A stretch of 64,000 nt of DNA, taken from Spirochaetia bacterium (GTDB lineage Bacteria; Spirochaetota; Spirochaetia; CADAEX01). Location of the stretch: the NCBI GenBank assembly GCA_963662265.2, contig CAXXHA010000008.1, positions 32,001 through 96,000 on the forward strand, given 5' to 3'. Below, piece by piece: positions 1 to 9,877 of this stretch. Every line of letters begins with the position of its first letter. The first letter of the stretch is position 1. Position numbers and translations under genes: made by a program. The notes under the pieces were generated by a model. It made no database searches. It saw only the letters and a program-made list of their open reading frames with translations, and was not told the DNA's origin.

Positions 1-121
1 ACACTACCCTTAATTCATAAATCAATTCTTTTAATTCTTTAACAATATTCTTCTCATCTTCAGTAAGAGACTTTTTTCTTAATGCTAATGACCAAACAGA
101 TGTATCTACGAGTATTTTCAC
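1..121 (-). CDS. vapC: PIN-domain (VapC-like) toxin, N-terminal part (runs off window)
   Basis: Manual translation from GTG at 121: MKILVDTSVWSLALRKK... (PIN DTS motif); GTGA overlap with the antitoxin stop. Confidence 0.85.
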   Translation of the reverse strand, partial: MKILVDTSVWSLALRKKSLTEDEKNIVKELKELIYELRVV

Positions 122-318
122 TTTCTGTTTCTCATTAATTTATAATCATAATCATCATCGTATTCAACATTTCCGAAAAGGTTTATAATCTCTTCCTGTT
201 TTCTTCTTTGGATAAATTCTTTTAATGCCTGGTTTACTGTATCTTTTTTCGTCTTAAAACCAGCTATATTTTGAGCTAAAATTAATAGATTATCATCAAT
301 TGCAAGATTTGTAGCCAT
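118..318 (-). CDS. vapB: VapB-type antitoxin
   Basis: MATNLAIDDNLL...TKKDTVNQALKEFIQRRKQ is a typical VapB/RHH-like pattern; GGAGG RBS upstream of the ATG at 318. Confidence 0.85.
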   Translation of the reverse strand: MATNLAIDDNLLILAQNIAGFKTKKDTVNQALKEFIQRRKQEEIINLFGNVEYDDDYDYKLMRNRK

Positions 319-348
319 AATATAAACCTCCAATCAGTTTATGTGTAT

Positions 349-377
349 ATTTTAACACAATATATTGTGTAGGTCAA
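349..377 (-). promoter_or_regulatory. vapBC promoter with palindromic operator
   Basis: Minus strand TTGACC-N17-TAAAAT; the spacer contains the perfect palindrome ACACAATATATTGTGT (355-370). Confidence 0.7.
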
Positions 378-615
378 TTTTCTTCTTGAATCCAGACAAA
401 TTCCCAATATCTTTCTACCTTTGTCTGGATTCAGGCATAATTCTCAAATATTTGAGTATTTTTAATCTATATTAGTAATACACTGGGAAAATTCATTCAT
501 AATTCTTGAATATATTAATAAATAAAGTCCAGACAAATTCCAATATTTTCCTACTTCTATGGTCTGGACTAGGGTTTTGATAAAAAACGTCATTCACTCC
601 CCCCGAAGGGGTACA

Positions 616-799
616 TAACTCCCAAGTTGAGCTGCTCCGGTGGTTCCTGAAGCGAAGCTGAAGGATTGGCATGTGTTTTTGCTTATCATTCTGCATTAAA
701 ACAAACGATTTGTATCAAATAATTGCTGCATTTTTTAATAATTTAACTTCTTCCTGCAAAAACCATGACAAAACCGGGGTCTGCTCCAACTTATTGTTA
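616..799 (-). repeat. attC, long type
   Basis: TAAC..AAGTTGAGC...GCTCCAACTT..GTTA arms with an AT-rich apical insert. Confidence 0.9.
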
Positions 800-1204
800 C
801 ATACTAAATCCACTCAAGATCAATTAGCAAGTTCTTTTTCTACATTTTCCAACCAGAAAATATCCTGCAGATCTTTATAAATTCGCCATTTTTCAGCCTG
901 GAGGATACCAAAACATAATTCTTGGATTATCGTCACATTATATTTTCGGCTCGCTCCAAATCGGCTGAAAAGCGCCTATTTTCTTTACTTCATTGGACAG
1001 TTTTATTTTTCATATTCGAGTGTCAAAGTGGCAGGCCACACTAACTATCCTCTACCCTCTTTTTGAATCGGGTTTTTTCAAGTACAACATATAAGCTTTT
1101 CTGCCGGGCGGGCCTCAAGATGATGCATACAATCCCAAATATTTTTTTCTTTACTCCACCAACTTTTTGTCAGTTTTACCGGTTTCCAATAACTTTTGTG
1201 TATG
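800..1204. other. Gene-less cassette body, family A (diverged allele)
   Basis: No credible ORF; homologous to 13465-13866 and 39125-39526; ends GTTACATA/TATGTAAC complementary. Confidence 0.85.
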
Positions 1205-1305
1205 TAACACCCAGTTGAGCTGTTTGACTGACCCGCCAGGGTTGGCGCGTGTTCTTGCTCTGCAAGAACCGTGACAAAAGTCAAATCTGCTCCAACTGAT
1301 TGTTA
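1205..1305 (-). repeat. attC, standard type
   Basis: Conserved arms with internal CCC-loop-GGG and GTTCTTGC/GCAAGAAC hairpins. Confidence 0.92.
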
Positions 1306-1310
1306 TCTTT

Positions 1311-1919
1311 TTAATTTATATATTTATAACTATTAAAAATGCATATTTCCAAAACTCTTAAATCAGAAACTTCATATCCAATCTTCTTTATTACTTTTTG
1401 TTTTATTTTTTCAAATTCACTTTCATTCGAAGCAATAGTTTTTAATGTGTCTAAATATTTTAAATAGTCATGTATATCATTAATATTTTTATAATTAAGT
1501 CTTTTTGCTATCCTACTATCCCATATGGCATAATTTTTAGGATTTACGAAATGGAGGAGTTTACTAGTTCCTGTTAATGAGTTGTTTATTACATTTTTTA
1601 ATTCTTCTATTTCTTTTAAATTGATTTGCTTTCCATTTTTGACTTTTTTCAAAATATTTAAAATATTATCAATTTTTGGTGTTTTTTTGATTTTTAAAAT
1701 TGTAGGCATCCAGCTGTAAACAATTCCAATTGCTGCCCAAAAATCACTTTCACATTCAAAATTAAACTGGTTTATTGTATTTAAATAATTATTATAGGTT
1801 CTAATATAAGTTCTTTCTAATTGTTCTGGTTGTTTTAATTCCTCATATTTTATTTCTTCATTATTATAATCAGGTATTTTTTTCTCATCTTTTTTTAATT
1901 CAGCAATATTATAGACCAT
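1311..1919 (-). CDS. Hypothetical protein with an HhH-like motif
   Basis: 202 aa; SKLLHFVNPKNYAIWDSRI motif; GAGGA RBS. Confidence 0.6.
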   Translation of the reverse strand: MVYNIAELKKDEKKIPDYNNEEIKYEELKQPEQLERTYIRTYNNYLNTINQFNFECESDFWAAIGIVYSWMPTILKIKKTPKIDNILNILKKVKNGKQINLKEIEELKNVINNSLTGTSKLLHFVNPKNYAIWDSRIAKRLNYKNINDIHDYLKYLDTLKTIASNESEFEKIKQKVIKKIGYEVSDLRVLEICIFNSYKYIN

Positions 1920-1930
1920 GACATTCCTCT

Positions 1931-2302
1931 TTATATAATTTTTTTAATTTCTTGCATTTCTAAAGTATAATATGGTTCGCCATCATCACCATCTGGTATT
2001 TTATCCATTAATACGAATCGGTCTTTTGGCAAATCATCAGATGTTAATATTTCTAATTCTTTTTCGTCTTCTACTTTTATTTTTCCGATTTTTACATAAT
2101 CATAATTCTCGGGATTATTTCCTAAATCATCAGTAATTCTATATTTTTCTTGATTTGTTATTAGACATATTTTCTTGTAGTTTTCTTCATTATATCCAAC
2201 AATTGATGGTTTTTTAGTAAATTCGCTTACAAAATTAACATATGCAGTATTTAAATCATTATACCAATTATTTAATTTATTATGGGAATATTCCTTTATC
2301 AT
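1931..2302 (-). CDS. Hypothetical protein (first gene of two-gene cassette)
   Basis: 123 aa ORF with GGAG RBS just after the cassette start. Confidence 0.7.
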   Translation of the reverse strand: MIKEYSHNKLNNWYNDLNTAYVNFVSEFTKKPSIVGYNEENYKKICLITNQEKYRITDDLGNNPENYDYVKIGKIKVEDEKELEILTSDDLPKDRFVLMDKIPDGDDGEPYYTLEMQEIKKII

Positions 2303-2328
2303 TATAAATCTCCATTTTTAAATAAAGA

Positions 2329-2421
2329 TAACGCCAAGTTGAGCTGTTTGGCGTCAAGTGGCGCGTATTCTTGCGCATGCAAGAATCGTGACATAGCCAA
2401 ATCTGCTCTAACTTTTTGTTA
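2329..2421 (-). repeat. attC
   Basis: Conserved arms. Confidence 0.92.
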
Positions 2422-2431
2422 TCTTCCGATT

Positions 2432-3610
2432 TTAAATTTCATCCAGTAGATATAATTTTTTAACCGAATCTATTACTAACTTTTTTTCTGCTTTGTAATT
2501 GTCAAATAGTTTTTTTTGTTTCTCATTCAATTCTGCATTATATTTTGATTCTATTAATATTTTATCTGAAGTAAAAAAATCTATTTCATTTCCTTCTTCA
2601 TACAAATAAAATAATTCTTTTTTATTTCTGAGCTTTAAATAAAGGTAATTCTCAAAATAGCTTCCTAAATCTCTATCTCCCATGAATAGATGTTTTATTC
2701 CTAAATCACATGCATATATTTTCTTCGGTGATAGTAATTTTTCATTTGTTTTTCCCCATCTTGGTAAGAGGTGAATTAAAAAGGTTTCTTCAAAATAATT
2801 TAGATATCTTCGTGCTGTATCAGGGGATATTTTTAATATATTAGCAATTTTGTTAATACTTAGCTGCTTTCCGCTTCTTTCCATTAAGAGAGTAAAATAA
2901 TCTCTCATTAGCTGATGATTTTTTAATCCATGATGTGCGGTTATATCTTTTTGAATTATATCATCTATAAGATTCATTAAATATTCTCTATTTGGATTTA
3001 AGACATTTTCAGGTAACCCACCCTCTTTCATGTAATCCTTAAAATATGATTCATTTAAAATATCATCGCGTTTTTTTACTTCTATATTTTTGAATAATTT
3101 ATATTCTTCAAAATCCAATGGTTTTACTTCTAGAGTTATTGATCTACCTGTTAAAAATGCTTTTTTGTCTCTTAATAATGAACTTGAAGATGAAGTAGCA
3201 AAAACTTTTATATTATATTTATCATATAAATTTTTAAGTTGTTGGTGATAATCGGCCTGATATGTTATTTCATCGAAGAAAACATATATTTTTTCTTCAA
3301 CTTTGATTTTGTTAATTTTTTTATATTCATCTAAAATATCAAATAAATTTTTATTATGAAGCAGATAATCATCAACACTTACATATAGTATATTTTTCTT
3401 ATCTACTTGCTGATTAAGTAGTTCTTTAATGATAATTTTCATCAAAGTTGTTTTTCCAACTCTTCTTAATCCTGTTAAAAAGATAATATGCTTATTTTCA
3501 ATATTATCTTTGAGAAAGTTTATATATTGTGACCGTTCAATTATATGTTCTAATGTGTATTCTTCTTCCCACCAGGGATTATATTGATATAATAATTCTT
3601 CCATAACCAT
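2432..3610 (-). CDS. AAA+ ATPase (AAA_14 + DUF4143 type)
   Basis: NPWW, Walker A GLRRVGKTT, Walker B FFDE, SSSS and GG-P motifs, C-terminal EIDF..IESK. Confidence 0.88.
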   Translation of the reverse strand: MVMEELLYQYNPWWEEEYTLEHIIERSQYINFLKDNIENKHIIFLTGLRRVGKTTLMKIIIKELLNQQVDKKNILYVSVDDYLLHNKNLFDILDEYKKINKIKVEEKIYVFFDEITYQADYHQQLKNLYDKYNIKVFATSSSSSLLRDKKAFLTGRSITLEVKPLDFEEYKLFKNIEVKKRDDILNESYFKDYMKEGGLPENVLNPNREYLMNLIDDIIQKDITAHHGLKNHQLMRDYFTLLMERSGKQLSINKIANILKISPDTARRYLNYFEETFLIHLLPRWGKTNEKLLSPKKIYACDLGIKHLFMGDRDLGSYFENYLYLKLRNKKELFYLYEEGNEIDFFTSDKILIESKYNAELNEKQKKLFDNYKAEKKLVIDSVKKLYLLDEI

Positions 3611-3639
3611 ATTATACGTTTAAATCATATATTTTTCAA
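3611..3639 (-). promoter_or_regulatory. Cassette-internal sigma70-like promoter (possibly leaderless)
   Basis: TTGAAA-N17-TATAAT; ATG at 3604 lies 7 nt downstream of the -10. Confidence 0.6.
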
Positions 3640-3680
3640 GATTTTTATACGATACGTATGTAATAAAACTTTAGTGAAGA

Positions 3681-3782
3681 TAACGCCAAGTTGAGTAGCT
3701 TGTATGATCCCGAAGGGTTGGCGCGTGTTCTTGCTTCTGCAAGAACCGTGACAAAATACAAGTCTACTCCAACTTTTTGTTA
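3681..3782 (-). repeat. attC
   Basis: Conserved arms. Confidence 0.92.
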
Positions 3783-3783
3783 T

Positions 3784-4695
3784 CTATTTCATTTTATCTT
3801 CATCATAAATAACTTTAAACTGTTCAAATATAACTATTATATCCTCATTGAATTCTTTCCCCATTTCTTCATATTCAAGCTGGAAAAAATATCTATGAGC
3901 ATCCTGCCAATATTTTAATGAAAGATCTCCCTCACCTTCTAATCTTGCTTCTTCTTCAGTTATTTCTCTAAATTTCTTATGTTTTATTTTTTCTGTTTTC
4001 AGTATACATCCTGGCAGCCCATTTCCGTAAGTTATTATTGAAATATCGCCTTCTTCCAGTATTTTTTCATCAATTTCAGCTGTTTCAAATATATCTAAAG
4101 CTGATGATGTTGCTGTCTTTTTTCCTTCTTTTACTAATTTAAGCAATTTATTGGGAAGATATTCTCCATAACAGAAATTCCAAACTTCATATTCTTTATT
4201 TTCATATTCAGGATTATTATTAATAAATCTTTGCCAGTATTCTTTAATAATTTCTGTTAATTCATTTTCTTCATATATTTTATATTTTAATAATAACTGA
4301 TCGTTTTCATTAACCTGAAGTATATTTGATTTATTCTTATTCGATTCAATGATAAATCCGCAGCTTTTCAGGATTTCTAATAATTCTGTATTGTCTTCAT
4401 AAATTTTAATTAATATTACATGTTTTTTGTTATTCTTAGAATATTCAATAATCTCTTCTAATAATTTTATTTCTATTCTTTCTTCTGAATATTTATTTTC
4501 TGCAGCCAATATAACAATTTCAGATATTCCACTATTTTCTTTTAATCCTATAATTCCAATATTATCCTTATCAGATAATACTTCCCAGAAAGATGCTATT
4601 TTCTTATATTTTTCCAGTTGAGTTTTATCTTCTTCAGACAGGTAGTTATATTTTTCCGATTTTATTTCATTTTTAATTTTATTTATTGAAATCAT
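3784..4695 (-). CDS. GNAT-like + ASCH domain protein
   Basis: C-terminal GKKTATSS, EGEGDLSL..W..AH..FF (ASCH); N-terminal GNAT-like fold pattern. Confidence 0.8.
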   Translation of the reverse strand: MISINKIKNEIKSEKYNYLSEEDKTQLEKYKKIASFWEVLSDKDNIGIIGLKENSGISEIVILAAENKYSEERIEIKLLEEIIEYSKNNKKHVILIKIYEDNTELLEILKSCGFIIESNKNKSNILQVNENDQLLLKYKIYEENELTEIIKEYWQRFINNNPEYENKEYEVWNFCYGEYLPNKLLKLVKEGKKTATSSALDIFETAEIDEKILEEGDISIITYGNGLPGCILKTEKIKHKKFREITEEEARLEGEGDLSLKYWQDAHRYFFQLEYEEMGKEFNEDIIVIFEQFKVIYDEDKMK

Positions 4696-4771
4696 TTTTA
4701 GATCCTTATTTATAATCTAAAATTATATCATGTTTTTCTTTTTTTCTCTAAAATGCCCCCGAAGGGGTAGA

Positions 4772-4872
4772 TAACGCCAAGTTGAGCTGTTTGGCTGTCC
4801 CGAAGGGTTGGCTGCGTGTTCTTACTCTGCAAGAACCGTGACAAAAGTCAAATCTGCTCCAACTTTTTGTTA
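4772..4872 (-). repeat. attC
   Basis: Conserved arms. Confidence 0.92.
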
Positions 4873-4884
4873 TCTATTAATTTA

Positions 4885-5991
4885 TTAATTGACTTCCCAT
4901 TTTCTCTTTAGATAATCTACAGTAAATATCCACTTTGAATTTCCTGGTCTACATACAGTATTTTGGTTACCAAAAAATCCCAGTTCTTTTGTTGCAAATT
5001 TAGTTTCAAATGTTTTTATCCAGTTTACTTTTACAATATATTCTGCATTATCTTCATCTTCTTTTTTTTCAGCTAAATAATTACCATTTAAATCTAATTC
5101 AAAAAGATTTTTTTCCTGACCATCTATTTCAAATGTTGTATCTTTTGCCATTTGAACTGTATCAGAAACAATACCTACCCCAACATAACCAGTATGAGGG
5201 ATGTTCACCCATATTCTATCATCAATATTTAGTTGACCAAGAGTTCTACTGTACCAGGGCTTTCCGCCTCCAGAAATGAAACCATATTTCATTGCATCAT
5301 TCCAGTTTCTCGTTTTTCCTTCTCCGAATGAAACATAATATTCACCATTCCATGCAACTGCATTCTTTTCATTTATTTTAATATTTGAGGCTTTTTCATC
5401 AGTATCTGCTGGATCGCTGAGCCATGCTCGACTTATTATTCTATTTCCATTAATGTTTAAAACTTTAAAGAATACTATATTGATTGGGATTTCAGAATCT
5501 GATAAATAATTAACAATTCTTTCTGTATGATTATCTAATTCCGAAGCTACTATGATTATTTGATGTGATTTATTAATTTCATCTTCTTGAAATTCCATAT
5601 TAAATTTATTATTTAATCCGGTACTCAAAGATAATATTTCAGAATTTTCTAAATATTTTATTTGATAGTTTTTATAGATATTTTCAATATCTGATGTTGA
5701 TAATTTCTTTACCCATGATGCATAATCTAATCCTTGGGCTACAACATCTCTTGTAGTTTTATTTTTCTTTAATTCTATAATTACAAGATCACCAGCATTA
5801 TCTATAGCTAATAAATCAATTCTTTTGTTATAATCTGTTATAACTTGTCTACCAATAATTAACCAGTTTGGGTTTAAAATATCAATTTTTCGTTCAATTA
5901 TTTCTTCTAATTCATTTTCTGAATTTAATATTGATTCTTCTATTTTGTTTATTGAATCATTTATTTCCCAAAACTCTTGATTTATTGGCAT
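4885..5991 (-). CDS. Endonuclease NucS-like (DUF91) PD-(D/E)XK domain protein
   Basis: IIGRQV..RIDLLAID..GDLVIIELKK..VVAQGLDYASW. Confidence 0.85.
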   Translation of the reverse strand: MPINQEFWEINDSINKIEESILNSENELEEIIERKIDILNPNWLIIGRQVITDYNKRIDLLAIDNAGDLVIIELKKNKTTRDVVAQGLDYASWVKKLSTSDIENIYKNYQIKYLENSEILSLSTGLNNKFNMEFQEDEINKSHQIIIVASELDNHTERIVNYLSDSEIPINIVFFKVLNINGNRIISRAWLSDPADTDEKASNIKINEKNAVAWNGEYYVSFGEGKTRNWNDAMKYGFISGGGKPWYSRTLGQLNIDDRIWVNIPHTGYVGVGIVSDTVQMAKDTTFEIDGQEKNLFELDLNGNYLAEKKEDEDNAEYIVKVNWIKTFETKFATKELGFFGNQNTVCRPGNSKWIFTVDYLKRKWEVN

Positions 5992-6051
5992 TTTAACTTC
6001 TCCATGTTTTTAATACTTCATTTTTATATATTCACCCCCCGAAGGGGTAGA

Positions 6052-6151
6052 TAACGCCCAGTTGAGCTGTTTGACTGCCCCGGAGGGTTGGCGTGTAAAT
6101 TGCGAATGCAATTTGCATGACAAAAGACAAATCTGCTCAAACTGATTGTTA
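6052..6151 (-). repeat. attC
   Basis: Conserved arms. Confidence 0.92.
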
Positions 6152-6189
6152 TGTTTTTTAACATTTTTTACAACTGAACAATAATATTA

Positions 6190-7629
6190 TTATTTAGTAA
6201 ATCTTCTTGTTATTGTTATAGTTAAAAAAGAAACAAAAATAACTCCCAATAAACCTTCGCTACCTGCAATTAATCTAAATATTGAATTATTATTTGGAAC
6301 TATATCACCATAACCAATTGTAACAAATGTTATTATACTAAAATATATTGAATCAGCTAATAGACTTAAAACTTCAGGAAACTCAATTAAACCTCCATTT
6401 ATCAAGCTTAACATTGATAAATGATAATTTTTTGTATTCGGATGTGTTATTCCATCTGGAAATAAAAAGTAAATTATAGAATAACTCAATATTATTAAAA
6501 TAATGCTTCTTAACATTACCTCCCATTTACAAAAATATCCAATTGATGTTTCTATAATTTTTTCTATCATTTTTAATGGAATACATAGTAATTTCATAAA
6601 TCCTTTTTTTACATTCCATCTATTTAGACGCTGATATTTCTTTATTAAATATTCTGTATGAAGTTCAACTTTTTTATTTTTACATTTTTCAGCGATATCA
6701 TTTAAATTAATAAAATTCTCAATTTCTTCAATATAATTATTTGTATTTCTTGATAATAAACACTGATATTTATTATTTTCGATAGCCCTAAAATCGATTT
6801 TTGTATTACTGAAATCTGTGTTTTTTAATTGTATTTTTCCTAATATCTCTTTTATTCCTATATCTCCATATCCTCGAATTATAAATTTATCAAATGATAA
6901 ATTACCATTATCATTTATTATAATGTCTTGCATTATGATACTATTTTCTATTATAACATCAATAACTGTTACCCAACTAATTATTGAATCAATTATCTGT
7001 ATCTTCCCAATCCTTACTCCTTGAATAATTGACCTTATTATTCCACCCTGTATCAAAATTGATTCAATTGTTTTACATCTAATATTAACTGAACCACTAT
7101 TTTTAAAAATAGTATTATTAATTTCAACAAAATCAACTTCACCAGATATTTCAAATCTATCATTGCAAATCGACTCTTCTAAATGTAAACCTAATTTTTT
7201 TGTTTTAGAAGTATTTGTAATTGAAACTAACTTTCTAAAAATACAATTATGAAATAATAAATATTCTACATCCCGAAAAACAAGTTCCAAAAAAATAATA
7301 TTATAAATATTATGAACTATATTAAAAAGTTTATTATCTTTTTCTATTTTAAAAGCCACAACAGCCTTGCGCTTTGGATATTTCCATGCAATCCCACCTG
7401 CTGCTTGCATTTTAATTATTTGATCTGATTCGAATTTTACTGTATATGAAAGGAAAAGCTCCAATTCACTAATATTTCTAATGATTTCATACTCTTCTTC
7501 AACTGAATTATTTATTAAAGTAATATTTTTTTTATTTTTTATAATATCACTAATTTCGTCATCTTTTTTTGAGATAAACTCTGATATTTCCAAATTATTA
7601 CTCCATATTATATTTTTTACTAAAACCAT
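6190..7629 (-). CDS. Protein with C-terminal potassium-channel (Ion_trans_2) domain
   Basis: YFSIITFVTIGYGDIVP selectivity-filter motif flanked by TM helices. Confidence 0.85.
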   Translation of the reverse strand: MVLVKNIIWSNNLEISEFISKKDDEISDIIKNKKNITLINNSVEEEYEIIRNISELELFLSYTVKFESDQIIKMQAAGGIAWKYPKRKAVVAFKIEKDNKLFNIVHNIYNIIFLELVFRDVEYLLFHNCIFRKLVSITNTSKTKKLGLHLEESICNDRFEISGEVDFVEINNTIFKNSGSVNIRCKTIESILIQGGIIRSIIQGVRIGKIQIIDSIISWVTVIDVIIENSIIMQDIIINDNGNLSFDKFIIRGYGDIGIKEILGKIQLKNTDFSNTKIDFRAIENNKYQCLLSRNTNNYIEEIENFINLNDIAEKCKNKKVELHTEYLIKKYQRLNRWNVKKGFMKLLCIPLKMIEKIIETSIGYFCKWEVMLRSIILIILSYSIIYFLFPDGITHPNTKNYHLSMLSLINGGLIEFPEVLSLLADSIYFSIITFVTIGYGDIVPNNNSIFRLIAGSEGLLGVIFVSFLTITITRRFTK

Positions 7630-7722
7630 TTATACTTATCATGGCATTTCTATATTTCACAACAATTGGATACTTTAATAATAAACATTTACTACAGTTA
7701 TCCGCTATTTCCTAAATGAACA

Positions 7723-7822
7723 TAACGCCCAGTTGAGCTGTTTAACTGTTCCGAAGGATTGGCGTGCAAATTGCGAATGCAATTTGCATGACAAAAGTTA
7801 AATCTGCTCAAACTGTTTGTTA
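7723..7822 (-). repeat. attC
   Basis: Conserved arms. Confidence 0.92.
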
Positions 7823-7835
7823 TGCAAATAATTTT

Positions 7836-8885
7836 TTACATACTATTTGGATATTTTTCATATAATATTTTAATAATTTTACTATGGTCTATTACAAATG
7901 ATAAACGTAATATACTATTTTCATCTTTATAATTTTCTTTAAAAGAATAAAATAAAGTCATTTCATCTAATGAATTTGTTATTTCTTCATTATTATAATT
8001 TCTCATTAAAAAATCTTTATTTATTTGATTATTTATTTTTATATATTCAGGTTTACCATATTGTTTTATCAATGTACTTAAACTGTCATTAATTGTAACA
8101 TCATTATATGTTTTAATTTTTTCGGTATGGATCTCTAGTTTATGGATTTTCTTTTCTTCATTTTTTTTATATATATAATCATTATTTATCATCACTTCAT
8201 AAGTAATATCTGTTTCATAATCCCATTTTTTATAATTATATAATTCATTTATATTAAATAACTGTAAAAAATCGTATTTCTCATCATCAATTAATATAAT
8301 ATGAGCATAACTACTTTTTTCATTAGCTTTTATTTCTTCAGCAGGTTTTAAAGATAATATACTATTTTTTACTTCTTCAATTGTTTTATTTTTATAAAAA
8401 TCTTGTTTAAGATTTATTACAATCTCAGGATCAATATTAATACCATTTATTAAAACTTCATAATGTAAATGTGCTCCATTTGTTAATCCAGTTTTTCCCA
8501 TTAATCCTATTAACATATATTTTGAAACTTCTTGATTCTTTTTTACTAGTATTTTATCTAGATGATTATATATTGTTTTAAAACCATTTCTATGATTTAT
8601 TTCAACATATTTACCTCTTCCTAATTCTTCATTTCCTATTTCTTCTATAAATCCATCTGCCGGAGCTATTATTTTTGTACCTCTTGCTTTTACAATATCC
8701 AATCCTTTATGGAAGTATGTTTCTCGAGTATATGCATGTATATTTTTTCCATAACTTTGTGAATAAAATATTTTATTATCATCTACAGGGTTTATATTTG
8801 GGATATCATTTGCATATATATTACCAATATTTATGACCAATACTAATATTACTACAATAATATTTTTATTCATTTTTTTATCCAT
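7836..8885 (-). CDS. M23 family metallopeptidase, secreted
   Basis: Signal-like N-terminus; HKGLD, YNHL, HLHYEV motifs. Confidence 0.9.
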   Translation of the reverse strand: MDKKMNKNIIVVILVLVINIGNIYANDIPNINPVDDNKIFYSQSYGKNIHAYTRETYFHKGLDIVKARGTKIIAPADGFIEEIGNEELGRGKYVEINHRNGFKTIYNHLDKILVKKNQEVSKYMLIGLMGKTGLTNGAHLHYEVLINGINIDPEIVINLKQDFYKNKTIEEVKNSILSLKPAEEIKANEKSSYAHIILIDDEKYDFLQLFNINELYNYKKWDYETDITYEVMINNDYIYKKNEEKKIHKLEIHTEKIKTYNDVTINDSLSTLIKQYGKPEYIKINNQINKDFLMRNYNNEEITNSLDEMTLFYSFKENYKDENSILRLSFVIDHSKIIKILYEKYPNSM

Positions 8886-8932
8886 TTTATATTATATTTT
8901 CCTTTTTTCTTAAATTGCCCTAAAAGGGTGCA

Positions 8933-9034
8933 TAACGCCAAGTTGAGCTGTTTGACTGCCCCGCCAGGGTTGGCGCGTGTTCTTGCAACAGCAAGAACCG
9001 TGACAAAAGTCAAATCTGCTCCAACTTATTGTTA
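8933..9034 (-). repeat. attC
   Basis: Conserved arms; same as 30288-30389. Confidence 0.92.
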
Positions 9035-9052
9035 AACGCTAAATTTCAATAC

Positions 9053-9877
9053 TTAATTCAGATTATATCCGAATTCTCTGGTTTTCATAATATTTTTCCA
9101 ATGTGCTTCTCTTCTAATTATTATTTCATCATCAGTAATTGACGATCTTACTTCAAGTATTGAAAATTGATAATTATTTGCATATTCAATTCCATTTTTT
9201 TCAATTACTTTTTTTAGATCAATATTATTTCCATGTCCATTTTTTGAATAATTTTTCCATCTATCCCAAAAAGCATTTTCCCCATATGCTGAACCAACAT
9301 ATAATTTTCCGTTTGTTTTATCAGTAATTAAATATACACCTTTTGTACTTGATAATGCACTTTTCCAAGATGCTTCTTCTTCATTAATTACTTCTTGTAA
9401 TTCTTCATAGTTCAATAATAAATTTTCATATCCGGGAAAGGGTTCAATTTTATACGGTTTTTCAAGTAATTCGCTAATTTCAAAATTATTGATGTGTTTT
9501 TCTAGTAATAGATATGAAGCTCGAAAATCTTTATTAAATTTAATTATTAGTCGACCAATTAAATCTTTTTGTAACTCTGTTAAATTTGTCTTATATGAAA
9601 AATATTCTTTTTCTTTTGATTTATCATATTTTTTAGTTACATCCAATTTTTCATAAATACCGCCGTAGATCCAATAATTTGGTTTATAATAAATAAGTGA
9701 TATAATATATTTTCTTTCAAAATTTTTATTATTCTGATATTCTTGCCATTCTTTGAATTCATTTCTTATTAATTTATATAATGGTTCTTTTTTATTTAAT
9801 CGACCTATAGCCATGTGGAGTTTGTATTCATCGGTTTTTTCTATTATTTCTGGGAAAATATGTTCGAATTTAACCAT
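9053..9877 (-). CDS. GIY-YIG nuclease family protein (copy 1)
   Basis: GVYLITD..GKLYVGSAYG...RW..Y, FSILE, RE..WK. Confidence 0.9.
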   Translation of the reverse strand: MVKFEHIFPEIIEKTDEYKLHMAIGRLNKKEPLYKLIRNEFKEWQEYQNNKNFERKYIISLIYYKPNYWIYGGIYEKLDVTKKYDKSKEKEYFSYKTNLTELQKDLIGRLIIKFNKDFRASYLLLEKHINNFEISELLEKPYKIEPFPGYENLLLNYEELQEVINEEEASWKSALSSTKGVYLITDKTNGKLYVGSAYGENAFWDRWKNYSKNGHGNNIDLKKVIEKNGIEYANNYQFSILEVRSSITDDEIIIRREAHWKNIMKTREFGYNLN

